A DNA stretch of 64,000 nt, taken from positions 558,001-622,000 of the forward strand of contig OX337235.1 of assembly GCA_946965045.2 (NCBI GenBank), in the 5' to 3' direction. Position 1 is the stretch's first letter; the number at the start of each line of letters is the position of its first letter. The DNA is from Epithemia pelagica (lineage: Eukaryota; Protista; Bacillariophyta). The position numbers and the translations under genes were made by a program. Under the pieces are notes generated by a model that worked only from the letters and a program-made list of their open reading frames with translations, was not told where the DNA came from and did no database searches. Shown in pieces: positions 12,801-22,185 of this stretch.

Positions 12801-15800
12801 TGCAGCGGCACCAAGAATCAGAGATTTTCCTTCACCGGTGCGGATCTGCATGACCTGGTTCTCAAGATTGGAACTTGTCGGATCACCACATCCAAACATG
12901 GACAGAATCGTTAGTACTTGGATGTTGTGCGGCTTCATCAGAATTTTCTCTCCTAGTTTGTCATTTCCAATTCGATTATACGTCGCAGAAGATTTGAGAA
13001 CCGTAAATACAGCGAACACACCTGCAAGTATCGACGGAAGATGCTCTTTCACCTCAGTTGTCCAACCGCCATCACACTCGATTGGCTTCAAACTGTTCGC
13101 ATATTTGACTACAGTTTGGACGAGTTCGTTGACAGCTGCATCTTCGTGCAGATATTCGGCCAAATACTGTTTGTACTTCTCTTCAAAGGACCAGAACTTC
13201 GTCAACAGCTCTTGCTGATCGATGTCTAACTCTTTCGTGCCAGAGCTACTTCGTTGCTCTCCTCGTATGTCGTGGACCGTATCATCCGCAGGCTTCTGGC
13301 ATGTCTCTTCGTTCCACACCATTGTCTGAACCTCCCTGAAATGGCTAAACTCTGCAACGATCATTTGACAAATGCGATTCTCATCATCATCTGCGTTTGC
13401 GTCGCCTCTCTGAAGACTAAGTCCAAGATCGAACAAGAAGCCATGGCCCCAATCAACGTTCAAACAGGCCTCAAGCACTGAATTCATGATTGTTTTTGTG
13501 AAATCTTTGAACCAAACCAATTCATCCAGTACAAATCCCATGCTTACAAACCATCGACGAAAGTCGGTCAACTTCTGGTATGCTGTCGCTTTAGAAACCA
13601 GAAAGCCACGTGCACGAGCGCCAAAATTTTCAATTTCGGATTCAACAGCACTAAAAACTCTGGTGTTCCAGGATGTTGGAAAAATGTCACTGTAGGACTT
13701 GAAACTAGCCTCCATTTGTTTCAGATCAGCAATGTTCTCATTCACAGACTTGTATTTACGTTCGGCCCAGTTGGTTTCAACGTCAATTCTCACTCCATCT
13801 ACGTGCTGCTTTACCAGATCGCTTATTGTGTTAACAATCGTGGTCGATTCCAGAGATGGCCGAACAATGTCATCTAAAACATGCAGGCCCCCGAGCTTGA
13901 ATAGAAGCTGCTCAACAAGGTCATATCTCTGTTGTCTCAAAAGATGTCTTGCCTTTTCCCGTAAACGATCACCAAGTGAGCGAATAATGTCATCAAACGG
14001 CTGTGCTGCACTCGGGATCACAGTATTCTCATCTTTGGTCAGTTCCGTGTATGCAATTTCAAGGTTCCGGAGAATGACTCTCAACTCAGCCTCGTTCCTG
14101 CAACCACCGGCAGTATCATTATTCTTGCTCAGTGCGCGATCTTTCTTCAGTTTATATGAATGCACGACCTCAGTTTGAGAAGCAGAAGGAGACAACTCAA
14201 GAACTGCAAAATGCTTTATCAGGTCAAGACGGCGCCCATTGCTAAAGTTAGCATAACAAAGCTTTCGCAGTTCCTCCAACGAACGATCCACATTGGCGTG
14301 ATGTGAACACTCCACTTCTTCATGCAACAACGCGAACCTATCAGCTATATATCCCCAATGTTTTCGCATATGCTCAACAGTTTCCTTGATTTTCCTGAAA
14401 TCAAACGAATTAACGAGTTCTTTCATGTCGGTAATCAATTTGTCCGCTGTCTCGAAGACCTTTTGATTGGTGGAAGAGAAGGCAGCTTTTCCACGAGGAG
14501 AACGCATTGTGAGCGGAATTTGGAGAACAAAATTCCGATATTCTGGCAAGAGTCTCTTGAATTCATTTGTACTGCCTGATTCCAGTGCCTGCTGTGCGTC
14601 ATCGCAGAGCTGGATGAACGAATCCAGGGCAATCTTCTGTAATTCATCTCGAGATTGAATGGACTTCGAAACATGTTTTCCCACCTTGCTACTGACCAAG
14701 TCCAACATCGCTATCTTTTCTTGAGCTGTTTCAAGATCCTTCGTTCTCAGAATTGCCGCCTCGCCTGAGGAAAAAATCCGTTGTATCTCCGCTTCGAGAT
14801 TCTTGCAAAGTCTCATGTATGAACTGTCACGCTCATTCTTCAGGAAGCCGGGTATCCACCACTTTGATTGTGGGTCTAATTTATTAAGAGAACGAGACCA
14901 TTTATCAAGTGTCGACGCTGCATCGAAGCCTTCGAATTCCAGATCCTTATCGTAGTCCCTTTTCTGAGAGCGCCATTCATGCAGTTGGGCTGTGAAGTCA
15001 AAGTCAAGTTTTATATGATCTTGCAGACCAAGGTTCAGTTGATGTTGTAGTGCAAGTATCCAAGCTATTGCTTCGTCAAAACACTGCCGTTCGACCACGG
15101 CCGTTGCAATGGCATGGTATTTCTCATTCAGCTGCATGGACAATGCTCTCGAAGTCTCTTGATATTTCAATGCAAGTTCCCCCAACTTTGGGGAATTGTG
15201 ATCATGAGCATGTTTCAAACTGATAAGGTCACCAATAAGACAAGATCCCTCTGTCAAACAAGAAGAAACAAACAGCGCTGAATGCTGCGAAACAGAATCA
15301 ACTGCTTTCTGGAATAGCGCCAAGGCACCGTGCATATCGACAGCAACACCTTTTTCGAGAAAGCCGAGAATAGACGAGTTCAAAAACGCGCTTATATTAA
15401 GCTGTCCGACACCAAGGCCAACGAAGTCCATTCGCTTGGAAGCAAGTTTCATTTGCTCAATATTTTTCCTTGCAATTTCATTGATAAGCTTTTTCAGTGC
15501 ACTTATCTCGCGGGGTAAGTACAGGCCACCATGAACAGCATACTCTGAGAGCTTGATCCTGGCTAATTCGAGGGACTCCATACGTCGTGTCACACGCTGA
15601 ATGATTTCTCTGTCGAGATTTGGGAGATGCATTTCGCAACGTGCCTTCTCTACAATATCAAGCATCATCGAGGAAACAAGTGTTTTTAGTTTGGGCAACG
15701 ACCGATGACCTTTGGGGTAGATATTGGACTGAAGAAGATCCACCACGCCTTGACAATCGTTTGCCTGAATCAGATCTTGAAGTTGACTATCCAGACCCTC

Positions 15801-18800
15801 TTCCTTTTGGACAAGTAGCCTTTGAAGAGAAACAAGACTTGTTGATCCTTCGTTGGAGGTGAATCGGTCAATCAAAGGAGACTTTGCAAACATTCTCATT
15901 TCGTTTTCAACGTCCTGGTGGACGGAATTCTCACCAATTAACTTTTGGACATAAGTCGCATGCTTCTCCACGGATGTTTTGGCTTTCGTCTTGAGCCGAT
16001 CAAGTCCTTTGAGAGGAATGTGCCGATACCTGGCGAGCTCCTCGGCCAAAGATAACGCATGATATTTAGCAAGATACCTTCCTTTACAGCCCACAACTAC
16101 TTCAAGGGACTGCGCAAATGTTTGAAAGCCCTCACAAGTTTCTTTAAGTATGCCTTGCTTGTCCGTTGAATTGAGCTTAGGGCAAATCTCGAATAAGGAT
16201 TTGAGTTTGCCAAGACTCGCGTCAACAGCAAAACCAGCTTCAGAGAGTAACTGTTGTTGACGATTCATATTCGCCGCTCTTGGTGTATTCAGGTCAATTT
16301 TCCATTGCTTCGCAGTATCTGTCCAGCTGTGAAGAAGCTCTGACGTGCGCGTTGTGTTGACTTTGACCTGGTCCAAAAGTTGAGCAAGCGCACTTGACTC
16401 GTAATGGGCATAGCTCCTGTCCAATTGGGATACTTGCTTTAACTCTGGAAATATAGAGTCTTTCAGAAGCTTGGAAGCTTGACTCCACTCGTTGGTGTCG
16501 TCAGTCAATTTTGACAAATGCAGGTTGGCCATATGGACGACAACATCAATTCTTTCTTGATATATTTTCCTCAGTTCACTCAAAGAGAAGACAACAAAGC
16601 ATCTATCAGGGGGGAGGTAATTGTCAAGCCAATCACAACCAGCGACGTTGGCAATCGCACTTCTGAATTTGTGGCATCCCTCTCGAAAACCATTCTCTCG
16701 AATTTCATTAGCTGAAAGCGTCAAGGTTTTTATCCTTGCCTCCAAAACGAACCCAATGGAAAGCATCATAGACTTATAGCCTGTTCTAATTTGCTCCCAG
16801 TATTCACCTTTCAGATCATCAAAGAGTGTAACCGTATCATGGAGTCGGCGGATTCGGTCATGCCAACGAGCATCGACATTAGCTCTTTTCTTTTCATACT
16901 GAGTAAATTTCTTGGAACAAAAGTTGAGAACAGATTCTCCCATCTGGTCTAGTCGTTTTGAAGATGCATCACTTAAACCTGGTATCTCGTCCAGTCTGCT
17001 CTCGGTGAGTTCTTGCAGGTGTTTTAAAGTACATACATGTCTTGCTGCAACAACCAAATCATCTTCTGTAGTGAGCTCGGACGTGCACCCTAGTCCATGA
17101 ACAGCTTCAATTATCTTCCTTCTTGATTCGTCCAAAGTTTTCCGAGCCAGCGAAATATTGATAGTGTGCTCCGATAATCGTGTGTTAAGTTTACACACGA
17201 GCTCGAGCATGCGCACGGCCTCCACAAAGCTCTGTATTACCTCGCGGGATGAAGACGTTGGATCCATCAGGTCAAATTTAGCAATAGTATTGCAACAACT
17301 GCGGAGTTGACGCACCAAATGACTCCGTGTTTCTTTGTAAAGAGTTGCGAACTCGCCAAAACCCTCTGACCAGAAGTACAGATTGTTAAGAACAACATGG
17401 AGGTGCTCAAAAGCAATTCCATCTTCGTTGACCGCATGAGTCTGGTAGTTTCGTACTTTGCGGTCGATGAATGATTCGAGTTCACCCACACTTCTACCAT
17501 TTTCAGCAAATTTGTTGAACACTTTCAACTGATCCAACGTATTCTTCAAAATCTCAACGTTGGAAGCACAAAATTTGGAATCAACCGATGTTCCCCGTTG
17601 AGTCTCCATTTCGACCACTCCAGACAAGGACTTGGTATAGGCGGCTACCACGGACGAACATTCTGCTACTTTTGTATGAACGACTTCAATGTCAACGAAT
17701 TTTTTCAAGAATTCAACATTTTCGCATAGTTCCATTGCTTCCTTTGCTTCAGCAGACGAGGAATCGTTCTTCAGTTGCCAACGTATTCGTTGCAACATAC
17801 TTTCCAGACCGGCAGTAAGTCTTAGCAGAAGTTGAGGTGTGAGACCGCAGTTGCCCGCGATGAACTTCTTGGTTACTGCTTTGCTTTCTTCCACTATTTC
17901 TTTCAACTCCGCGAAATCAGACTTCATTGGATGAAGAACATCCACAATTTTGTATCTGCGTTTATCTGGATCATAACCGCGCTTCTTCAAATAATCGATC
18001 ATGTGGTTAAGAATTTGCAAAACTTCGGTCTCTCGTTTGTTCGTCCCTGCTTTGGTGCGAATCAATTCTTTCAAAAGGGATTCTCTCGCACCTGGTAGGT
18101 CCTCTGGGACCTCTTTAATCTCATTAAGGTGGGTAAACAGAAACGTGAAGCTCGTTTTGTTTGCCTTGAAATCATCCACAAACAAATTGATGGTTTTGAG
18201 AAGAGCCCTCAAGGAACCTCCACGATCTTCCAGTAAGGACGTATAGTTGATGAGGAGAACAAATCGAATACTCTTGCATCTCTTCACCACTTGATTGATC
18301 ATAACCGACGTGGCAATGTCCACTTCGGGACCATCCGTATCCTCATGACCTGGTGCGTCCACGTAAACAGTCTTTCCTCCAGGAGCAAAACATCGAATGC
18401 ATTTCGTCATTGACTTCTTGGAATGTCCAATCTTAAAACCCGGGAGCTCATCCTTGACAACAAAAACTTGCTTTTCCACGGTCATACCAGAACTCGTATG
18501 ATTCACAACAGCTTGTTCGATCTCCTTCTGAGCAATACCATTGATGAAGCAAGTTTTCCCCGCTCCTGTTTTCCCCATAACAAGAACAACATTCTTGTTA
18601 TGAATTTCATCGAGGGCAGCTTCTCCATTCTTCATACAATCTCCCAACCATCCCACGTTGAACGAGAGGGCCTGTTGAGTACCTTCGTTATTGTCATGCT
18701 CTTCATCGATGGAAAGTTCAGAGTCGCTTTCTGACCAGCACCCAGCACAACTGTTCTCGTCATCTTCGTCTACATCATTGGTTGGCTTCGATACGGCGGT

Positions 18801-20702
18801 GTATGCTTTATGATCCGGTGCATCCTGTTTGAGGTTGTCAATGGTCGAGCCTACGGCCTTAGTACGATGATGAGACTGTTCTCGCTCTTCCAACCGTTCG
18901 CATCCGGTGTCCAATGTCCTTGCCCGGTCAGCTTCAGTGTCGCTTATGATGAAATGTTCAGGTATATCATCCTCTTGGTCTTGCAAGTCCATTGTTGCAG
19001 AGGAAGGACTGGGAGTCTCCCACGCCCATTTCCGTCCAACAGATGCAAGTCCTGCGCTGTCTCCGAAGTCGTCATAATGGGGTCGTGCCTCCTCGTTCAT
19101 TTGTTTGTTCGATACAACTCGTATATCTTTCGTAAGACCATGGCTACTAACGATTGGATCCACTGACGGTGCTGTACGCCGAGCCTTGAGTCCTTTACTT
19201 CCAGGACAATGTCCTTCTCCTCCAACGTTGACTGTTCCCAGAACAACTGATGGCCCTGCAACAGTACTTTCGACCTTGTCGAGAAGACTCCCATGCGGGA
19301 AGGCGGGGTTCATCGCATTGGTGAGCGGCGTTGTGCTACCTTCACCTCGTTGACTGGAAAGAATCTCTTCCTTCCCTGACTTCCTCTCAGAGGAAGAAAG
19401 AGGTGGCCAAACGGTCTTGTCTTCACGAGGCAAACCTCCTGCTCCACGACCAACAGATCCAGGTCCGTGTGCGAGTAGGGGCTTCATCTGCTGACGACTC
19501 TTCAGCGCTGTTTCATTAGTTTTGTCCTCACGGTTGGGTAAAGTCTTGGAGGGGATGGGCTCAGCCTTCTTCTTACTGCTCGCTGCCACGTCCGTCACAT
19601 CCCGCGCTTCTTGACCCTCAGGGTTCGGTTCTTGCAGCGAATATCCATCTCGGACGACTGAAGATTTGTCGGGTGACATTACAAGAGGAGGAGAAGGGAT
19701 TTCTTTGACAGAGATCCGATTCGTAGTGTTACTGCCAATCGAAAGACTCTTGTGATTTCCAAAAAATGGTCCTTCATATACAGAACCTGTTTTGGAATCG
19801 GATTGCATCGAAGCAGACTCCTGATCACGTGTCTTGGCAAAACCAATGTGATACTCGTGGGTCTGGTCGTTCGGTTCACTCTCTTTTTTCACCGATTCTG
19901 TAGGAGGTTCAACCCATCCATCGATATCCTTGCCCTCGCTATCTTCGGTCGAGAATGCAGTTTCCGTGTGGGTGCTGCCTTCGATAAGACCAACTTTGTC
20001 GGCGAGATCTTGGGTGCTCCGAGTTATCTTCTGGTATGAGGTAGCGAGAACGGAATCATCCTCATCTCCTCCTCCTTCTTCATCTCCTTCTTCTTCTTCA
20101 CAACTATTTTCTCCCTTGGGGAACTGCATGCTCAATGCAGTGTCCATCATCGTCGCTTCGATTCCTTCTTCCATGCTCCCACCATGCGTAAAGGACGGCT
20201 CTCGCTGCGATCCGTCCTTCTCCAGATCATGCTTGGTATTCCACTCATCCGACGGTCCCAGAACGGAATCATCCTCATCGTCTTCTTCTTCACTAACCTG
20301 ATCTTCCTTGTCGGGGAACGGCTTGGCCAACGAAGTGTCAACCTTCGTTTCGAATGGTTCTTCCATACCTTCACCACCATTTGGAAAAGACTGCTTCTTG
20401 GCAAACGATCCATTCTTCTCGGAAAGATCTTGATTTTGCTGGCCACTATTTCCCTTGGCAACATGCTTGTACAACGGAGTCTCCATTATGGTCTCAACTT
20501 CTCCTTCTCCACCTTCTTCCAGAAACGGCCTTGCGGATGCCTGCGTTCCAGTAGGAGATCCTCCTGGATTCGTAACGGCATTCGTCCGTGCCACACCGTT
20601 CGCCATTGTAGGAGGAGGTGTCACCTCCATCACCGTGTCTTCCCAACTCCCATCGTCGTCATCGCTGCCAAACAACGAACCTTCGTCTTCCAGTTGCGTC
20701 AT
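9894..20702 (-). CDS. Paralog B: 3602-aa protein with acidic disordered N-terminus, AIG1/septin-like GTPase, helical region, J-like segment, SecA-like ATPase and 2 vWA domains
   Basis: Uninterrupted ORF. GTPase motifs VMGKTGAGKT, DAPG, THLN. SecA motifs QIRTGEGKS, VDEFD, DEVTGR, LGVSGT, CTASFGRGTDF, GGVHV, QIRGRTSRQGKEGS. vWA MIDAS-type motifs FLIDVTGSM and FVLDQSGSM...GGT...MSDG. Confidence 0.93.
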   Translation of the reverse strand: MTQLEDEGSLFGSDDDDGSWEDTVMEVTPPPTMANGVARTNAVTNPGGSPTGTQASARPFLEEGGEGEVETIMETPLYKHVAKGNSGQQNQDLSEKNGSFAKKQSFPNGGEGMEEPFETKVDTSLAKPFPDKEDQVSEEEDDEDDSVLGPSDEWNTKHDLEKDGSQREPSFTHGGSMEEGIEATMMDTALSMQFPKGENSCEEEEGDEEGGGDEDDSVLATSYQKITRSTQDLADKVGLIEGSTHTETAFSTEDSEGKDIDGWVEPPTESVKKESEPNDQTHEYHIGFAKTRDQESASMQSDSKTGSVYEGPFFGNHKSLSIGSNTTNRISVKEIPSPPLVMSPDKSSVVRDGYSLQEPNPEGQEARDVTDVAASSKKKAEPIPSKTLPNREDKTNETALKSRQQMKPLLAHGPGSVGRGAGGLPREDKTVWPPLSSSERKSGKEEILSSQRGEGSTTPLTNAMNPAFPHGSLLDKVESTVAGPSVVLGTVNVGGEGHCPGSKGLKARRTAPSVDPIVSSHGLTKDIRVVSNKQMNEEARPHYDDFGDSAGLASVGRKWAWETPSPSSATMDLQDQEDDIPEHFIISDTEADRARTLDTGCERLEEREQSHHRTKAVGSTIDNLKQDAPDHKAYTAVSKPTNDVDEDDENSCAGCWSESDSELSIDEEHDNNEGTQQALSFNVGWLGDCMKNGEAALDEIHNKNVVLVMGKTGAGKTCFINGIAQKEIEQAVVNHTSSGMTVEKQVFVVKDELPGFKIGHSKKSMTKCIRCFAPGGKTVYVDAPGHEDTDGPEVDIATSVMINQVVKRCKSIRFVLLINYTSLLEDRGGSLRALLKTINLFVDDFKANKTSFTFLFTHLNEIKEVPEDLPGARESLLKELIRTKAGTNKRETEVLQILNHMIDYLKKRGYDPDKRRYKIVDVLHPMKSDFAELKEIVEESKAVTKKFIAGNCGLTPQLLLRLTAGLESMLQRIRWQLKNDSSSAEAKEAMELCENVEFLKKFVDIEVVHTKVAECSSVVAAYTKSLSGVVEMETQRGTSVDSKFCASNVEILKNTLDQLKVFNKFAENGRSVGELESFIDRKVRNYQTHAVNEDGIAFEHLHVVLNNLYFWSEGFGEFATLYKETRSHLVRQLRSCCNTIAKFDLMDPTSSSREVIQSFVEAVRMLELVCKLNTRLSEHTINISLARKTLDESRRKIIEAVHGLGCTSELTTEDDLVVAARHVCTLKHLQELTESRLDEIPGLSDASSKRLDQMGESVLNFCSKKFTQYEKKRANVDARWHDRIRRLHDTVTLFDDLKGEYWEQIRTGYKSMMLSIGFVLEARIKTLTLSANEIRENGFREGCHKFRSAIANVAGCDWLDNYLPPDRCFVVFSLSELRKIYQERIDVVVHMANLHLSKLTDDTNEWSQASKLLKDSIFPELKQVSQLDRSYAHYESSALAQLLDQVKVNTTRTSELLHSWTDTAKQWKIDLNTPRAANMNRQQQLLSEAGFAVDASLGKLKSLFEICPKLNSTDKQGILKETCEGFQTFAQSLEVVVGCKGRYLAKYHALSLAEELARYRHIPLKGLDRLKTKAKTSVEKHATYVQKLIGENSVHQDVENEMRMFAKSPLIDRFTSNEGSTSLVSLQRLLVQKEEGLDSQLQDLIQANDCQGVVDLLQSNIYPKGHRSLPKLKTLVSSMMLDIVEKARCEMHLPNLDREIIQRVTRRMESLELARIKLSEYAVHGGLYLPREISALKKLINEIARKNIEQMKLASKRMDFVGLGVGQLNISAFLNSSILGFLEKGVAVDMHGALALFQKAVDSVSQHSALFVSSCLTEGSCLIGDLISLKHAHDHNSPKLGELALKYQETSRALSMQLNEKYHAIATAVVERQCFDEAIAWILALQHQLNLGLQDHIKLDFDFTAQLHEWRSQKRDYDKDLEFEGFDAASTLDKWSRSLNKLDPQSKWWIPGFLKNERDSSYMRLCKNLEAEIQRIFSSGEAAILRTKDLETAQEKIAMLDLVSSKVGKHVSKSIQSRDELQKIALDSFIQLCDDAQQALESGSTNEFKRLLPEYRNFVLQIPLTMRSPRGKAAFSSTNQKVFETADKLITDMKELVNSFDFRKIKETVEHMRKHWGYIADRFALLHEEVECSHHANVDRSLEELRKLCYANFSNGRRLDLIKHFAVLELSPSASQTEVVHSYKLKKDRALSKNNDTAGGCRNEAELRVILRNLEIAYTELTKDENTVIPSAAQPFDDIIRSLGDRLREKARHLLRQQRYDLVEQLLFKLGGLHVLDDIVRPSLESTTIVNTISDLVKQHVDGVRIDVETNWAERKYKSVNENIADLKQMEASFKSYSDIFPTSWNTRVFSAVESEIENFGARARGFLVSKATAYQKLTDFRRWFVSMGFVLDELVWFKDFTKTIMNSVLEACLNVDWGHGFLFDLGLSLQRGDANADDDENRICQMIVAEFSHFREVQTMVWNEETCQKPADDTVHDIRGEQRSSSGTKELDIDQQELLTKFWSFEEKYKQYLAEYLHEDAAVNELVQTVVKYANSLKPIECDGGWTTEVKEHLPSILAGVFAVFTVLKSSATYNRIGNDKLGEKILMKPHNIQVLTILSMFGCGDPTSSNLENQVMQIRTGEGKSLILGAAAVVLALFGFRVRCVCYSEYLSNRDFELFKDLFGYFQLADRITYSKITKLSEDCTRTKGDIRNLTESLLKGSLSSRGCKTGKNEQGRLDEEILVVDEFDVFFGSDFYGQTYNQVYQLQEDEIAEILRFIWTNSKRVGQKLKLADIQGIESYQHLVKKYPDFTYLFDNEILLMIDQVKRVDEEPYHLDEVTGRIGYKVMDTIEYDVTYGYCTMFAYLKEADKGKLQNAETRLANVLAMPVSCGQFSYASISPLRILGVSGTVAAMGQYEHDVLAKYGIERFIYVPSVYGKSNFDFDKAGDGIFVEPSVSDFFHKITDVILDVTKQRRAAIVFFHDNLRLQEYKRSSFFKKFDRRQVRLLTEDMSANDKEFVVKKAATAGQTTLCTASFGRGTDFFCKDDVVHKNGGVHVVQAFLSEALSEELQIRGRTSRQGKEGSYQMVLLESDLKTHFGVEIGAKDTVAKKDMYEWLSSARAKKHESHCHVMDVNLQDATEKDQNTNLYFDALIQGDSRKAQDLFKELYFSMKTQALAANTDIDIAFLIDVTGSMGPYKSAIAATIHTLIDKRGAVMGRLQANYPDTEFTFRTAVMAFRDIDDEAKQFTESTWHSKSHFTDSADEAIRFVERNTKHSSGGGDLAEDILGALDRCAHWSGPGDWASRLKFIMVLTDAAAHGLTDPGFASGQNSDNYSSRHPLGLTVDSVVDGLVSKGIDLFMCSFNPASTLKTEQELSQTYRDHPRNKDQREVTTIPLVPTSKHPGAHDPSVNYDRHIIFVLDQSGSMYDDWSGVVIAYNQYIARRQQYQCESDLVSVVQFSHEAEVTVSLSPIGSAPKDLYYHDGGTNFSPAALSAYNVAKASPSTHVPVIVFMSDGCANDAPQAASHFSDLNNDIKALTGSDLELHVIAFSPYADQSQLGQIAAASPIGKVKASTDTSDLAKVFQEIAGGANVAGLLEAEIGKRVSEAVGNKLALEFM

Positions 20703-20940
20703 GGTTGATCCGTTCTCGTACTTGTGTTCTCAACTTGCGAAAAAGGACAATCTTGTTGTGCGTGCGGTTTCGCCCGAGTCCAAGATTGTGAGAACCTCGC
20801 ACTTTCCCTTGATCCAAAATTGCAAAAAAGATCCATTTCACTGCAAATCTTCACCGAACAAAGATCCATGTCACGGTGAATTCTCTCCACATCCCCCAAA
20901 GATACATTTCCCTCCAGAGCCTCACAGAACCACAGAACCG

Positions 20941-21004
20941 TTTCACTCCAAAGCCCAAGATCCATTTCACTCCAAAGCCCAAGATCCATTTCACTCCAAA
21001 GCCC
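20941..21004 (+). repeat. 24-bp tandem repeat (TTTCACTCCAAAGCCCAAGATCCA, about 2.7 copies) upstream of gene B
   Basis: Units at 20941-20964 and 20965-20988, with a partial unit at 20989-21004. Confidence 0.9.
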
Positions 21005-21100
21005 CACTCCTGCAGGATCCAATTCACCGCAAAATCCACATTCCAGGTTGAAGAAATTCCCAAAGATCCATTTCCGGAATTCCGGTCCTGTGAACGAAGA

Positions 21101-21260
21101 GGGAGAGAATAGCAACAAGAGGAGAACCAATCGGTGCAGTGAGACAGAAATGCAGACACGACATTATTTTTTAGTCTCTCTCTCTCTCAATTGGTTGATG
21201 GGGGAGAGGATAGCAATCAAAGAACCACAATCGGTGCAGTGAGACAAAAACGCAGACATG
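21101..21260 (+). repeat. Imperfect direct repeat with 100-bp spacing
   Basis: CAATCGGTGCAGTGAGACA(G/A)AAA(T/C)GCAGACA starts at 21128 and at 21228; both are preceded by GAGAG(A/G)ATAGCAA. Confidence 0.8.
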
Positions 21261-22165
21261 ATGGGACTGGATACATGCATCATATTCGCAACACACACAA
21301 GTAGTGTATATTTTTTCTTTCTCCTTCCCTCGTTTGGTTGGTTGATTGGTAACGTCTATCAGCAAACCGAAACCGTCAATGGCAGTTTTTCGGGTCGTCC
21401 GCAGGCCATGGTTCTGATTTGGTTACCAGGGACTATACGGATTCCACAGTATCATCATCTTCATCATCAAATGCGATTCAGTGGCAATTCGACAGCCGTT
21501 GTTGCCACGACGGGGAATTGTGGATGCACCACTGATGTTTCTCGCTCGAGCGGCTCCTCAGATTGCGTATCTTCTCTGTTCCATACCAACCATGCTTTTG
21601 TCATTTCCATGGCATTTTGGTTGTCCACCCATTCAACTTGTCCAAGGCGACGTGCCCAGAAGTGTGTTTGTCCTGGATTATCCCAGAATACATGACAGGT
21701 TCCAAAGAGGTTTTCACAAACGACGAGACAGTGTCGCTCCAACCGACGCATCCAGAGAACGACAAAGTAGAAACAACTCGAAGCTTTTACGGGAACGTGG
21801 AAGAAACGATGGATTCAAGTATCCCATCGTGCTGATAGAAAAGATCTCAACAAACGAAGAAATCTTTTGGTGGGGGGCGGAATGTGTATGTGCGACCGAT
21901 GCCTCTCGGCGACGGGCGAGGGGCAGAAGGGCATCCAGGTAGTTAGGATAGGCATATAGATATCTAGAGTCTAGTTTGACAAAAATGGAAGTATAGGAGT
22001 ATAGCCACCGCAACACAGGTTCCTCCTCCTCCTCCTCGAAATTGATACCTTTGCCCCTCCCTCCTCTCTCTGGACACAGGTGTCTGCTCCTGCTTCTAGC
22101 TAGCTAGTAGAGACGATAGATCGAATACCATCTATACGACGAGACGTACTGTGGAGTGCCTGATC

Positions 22166-22185
22166 CACACACACACACACACACA
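22166..22185 (+). repeat. (CA)10 microsatellite
   Basis: Read directly from the sequence. Confidence 0.95.

Noticed and set aside
9894-20702. Calling the giant genes secA (protein translocase)
   Set aside because: The SecA-like part is only about 600 of more than 3300 residues, is fused to a GTPase and vWA domains, and has no evident plastid-targeting leader; diatom SecA is plastid-encoded.
20941-21004. 24-bp repeats as a CRISPR array
   Set aside because: The units are directly adjacent with no unique spacers, there are no cas genes, and the context is eukaryotic.
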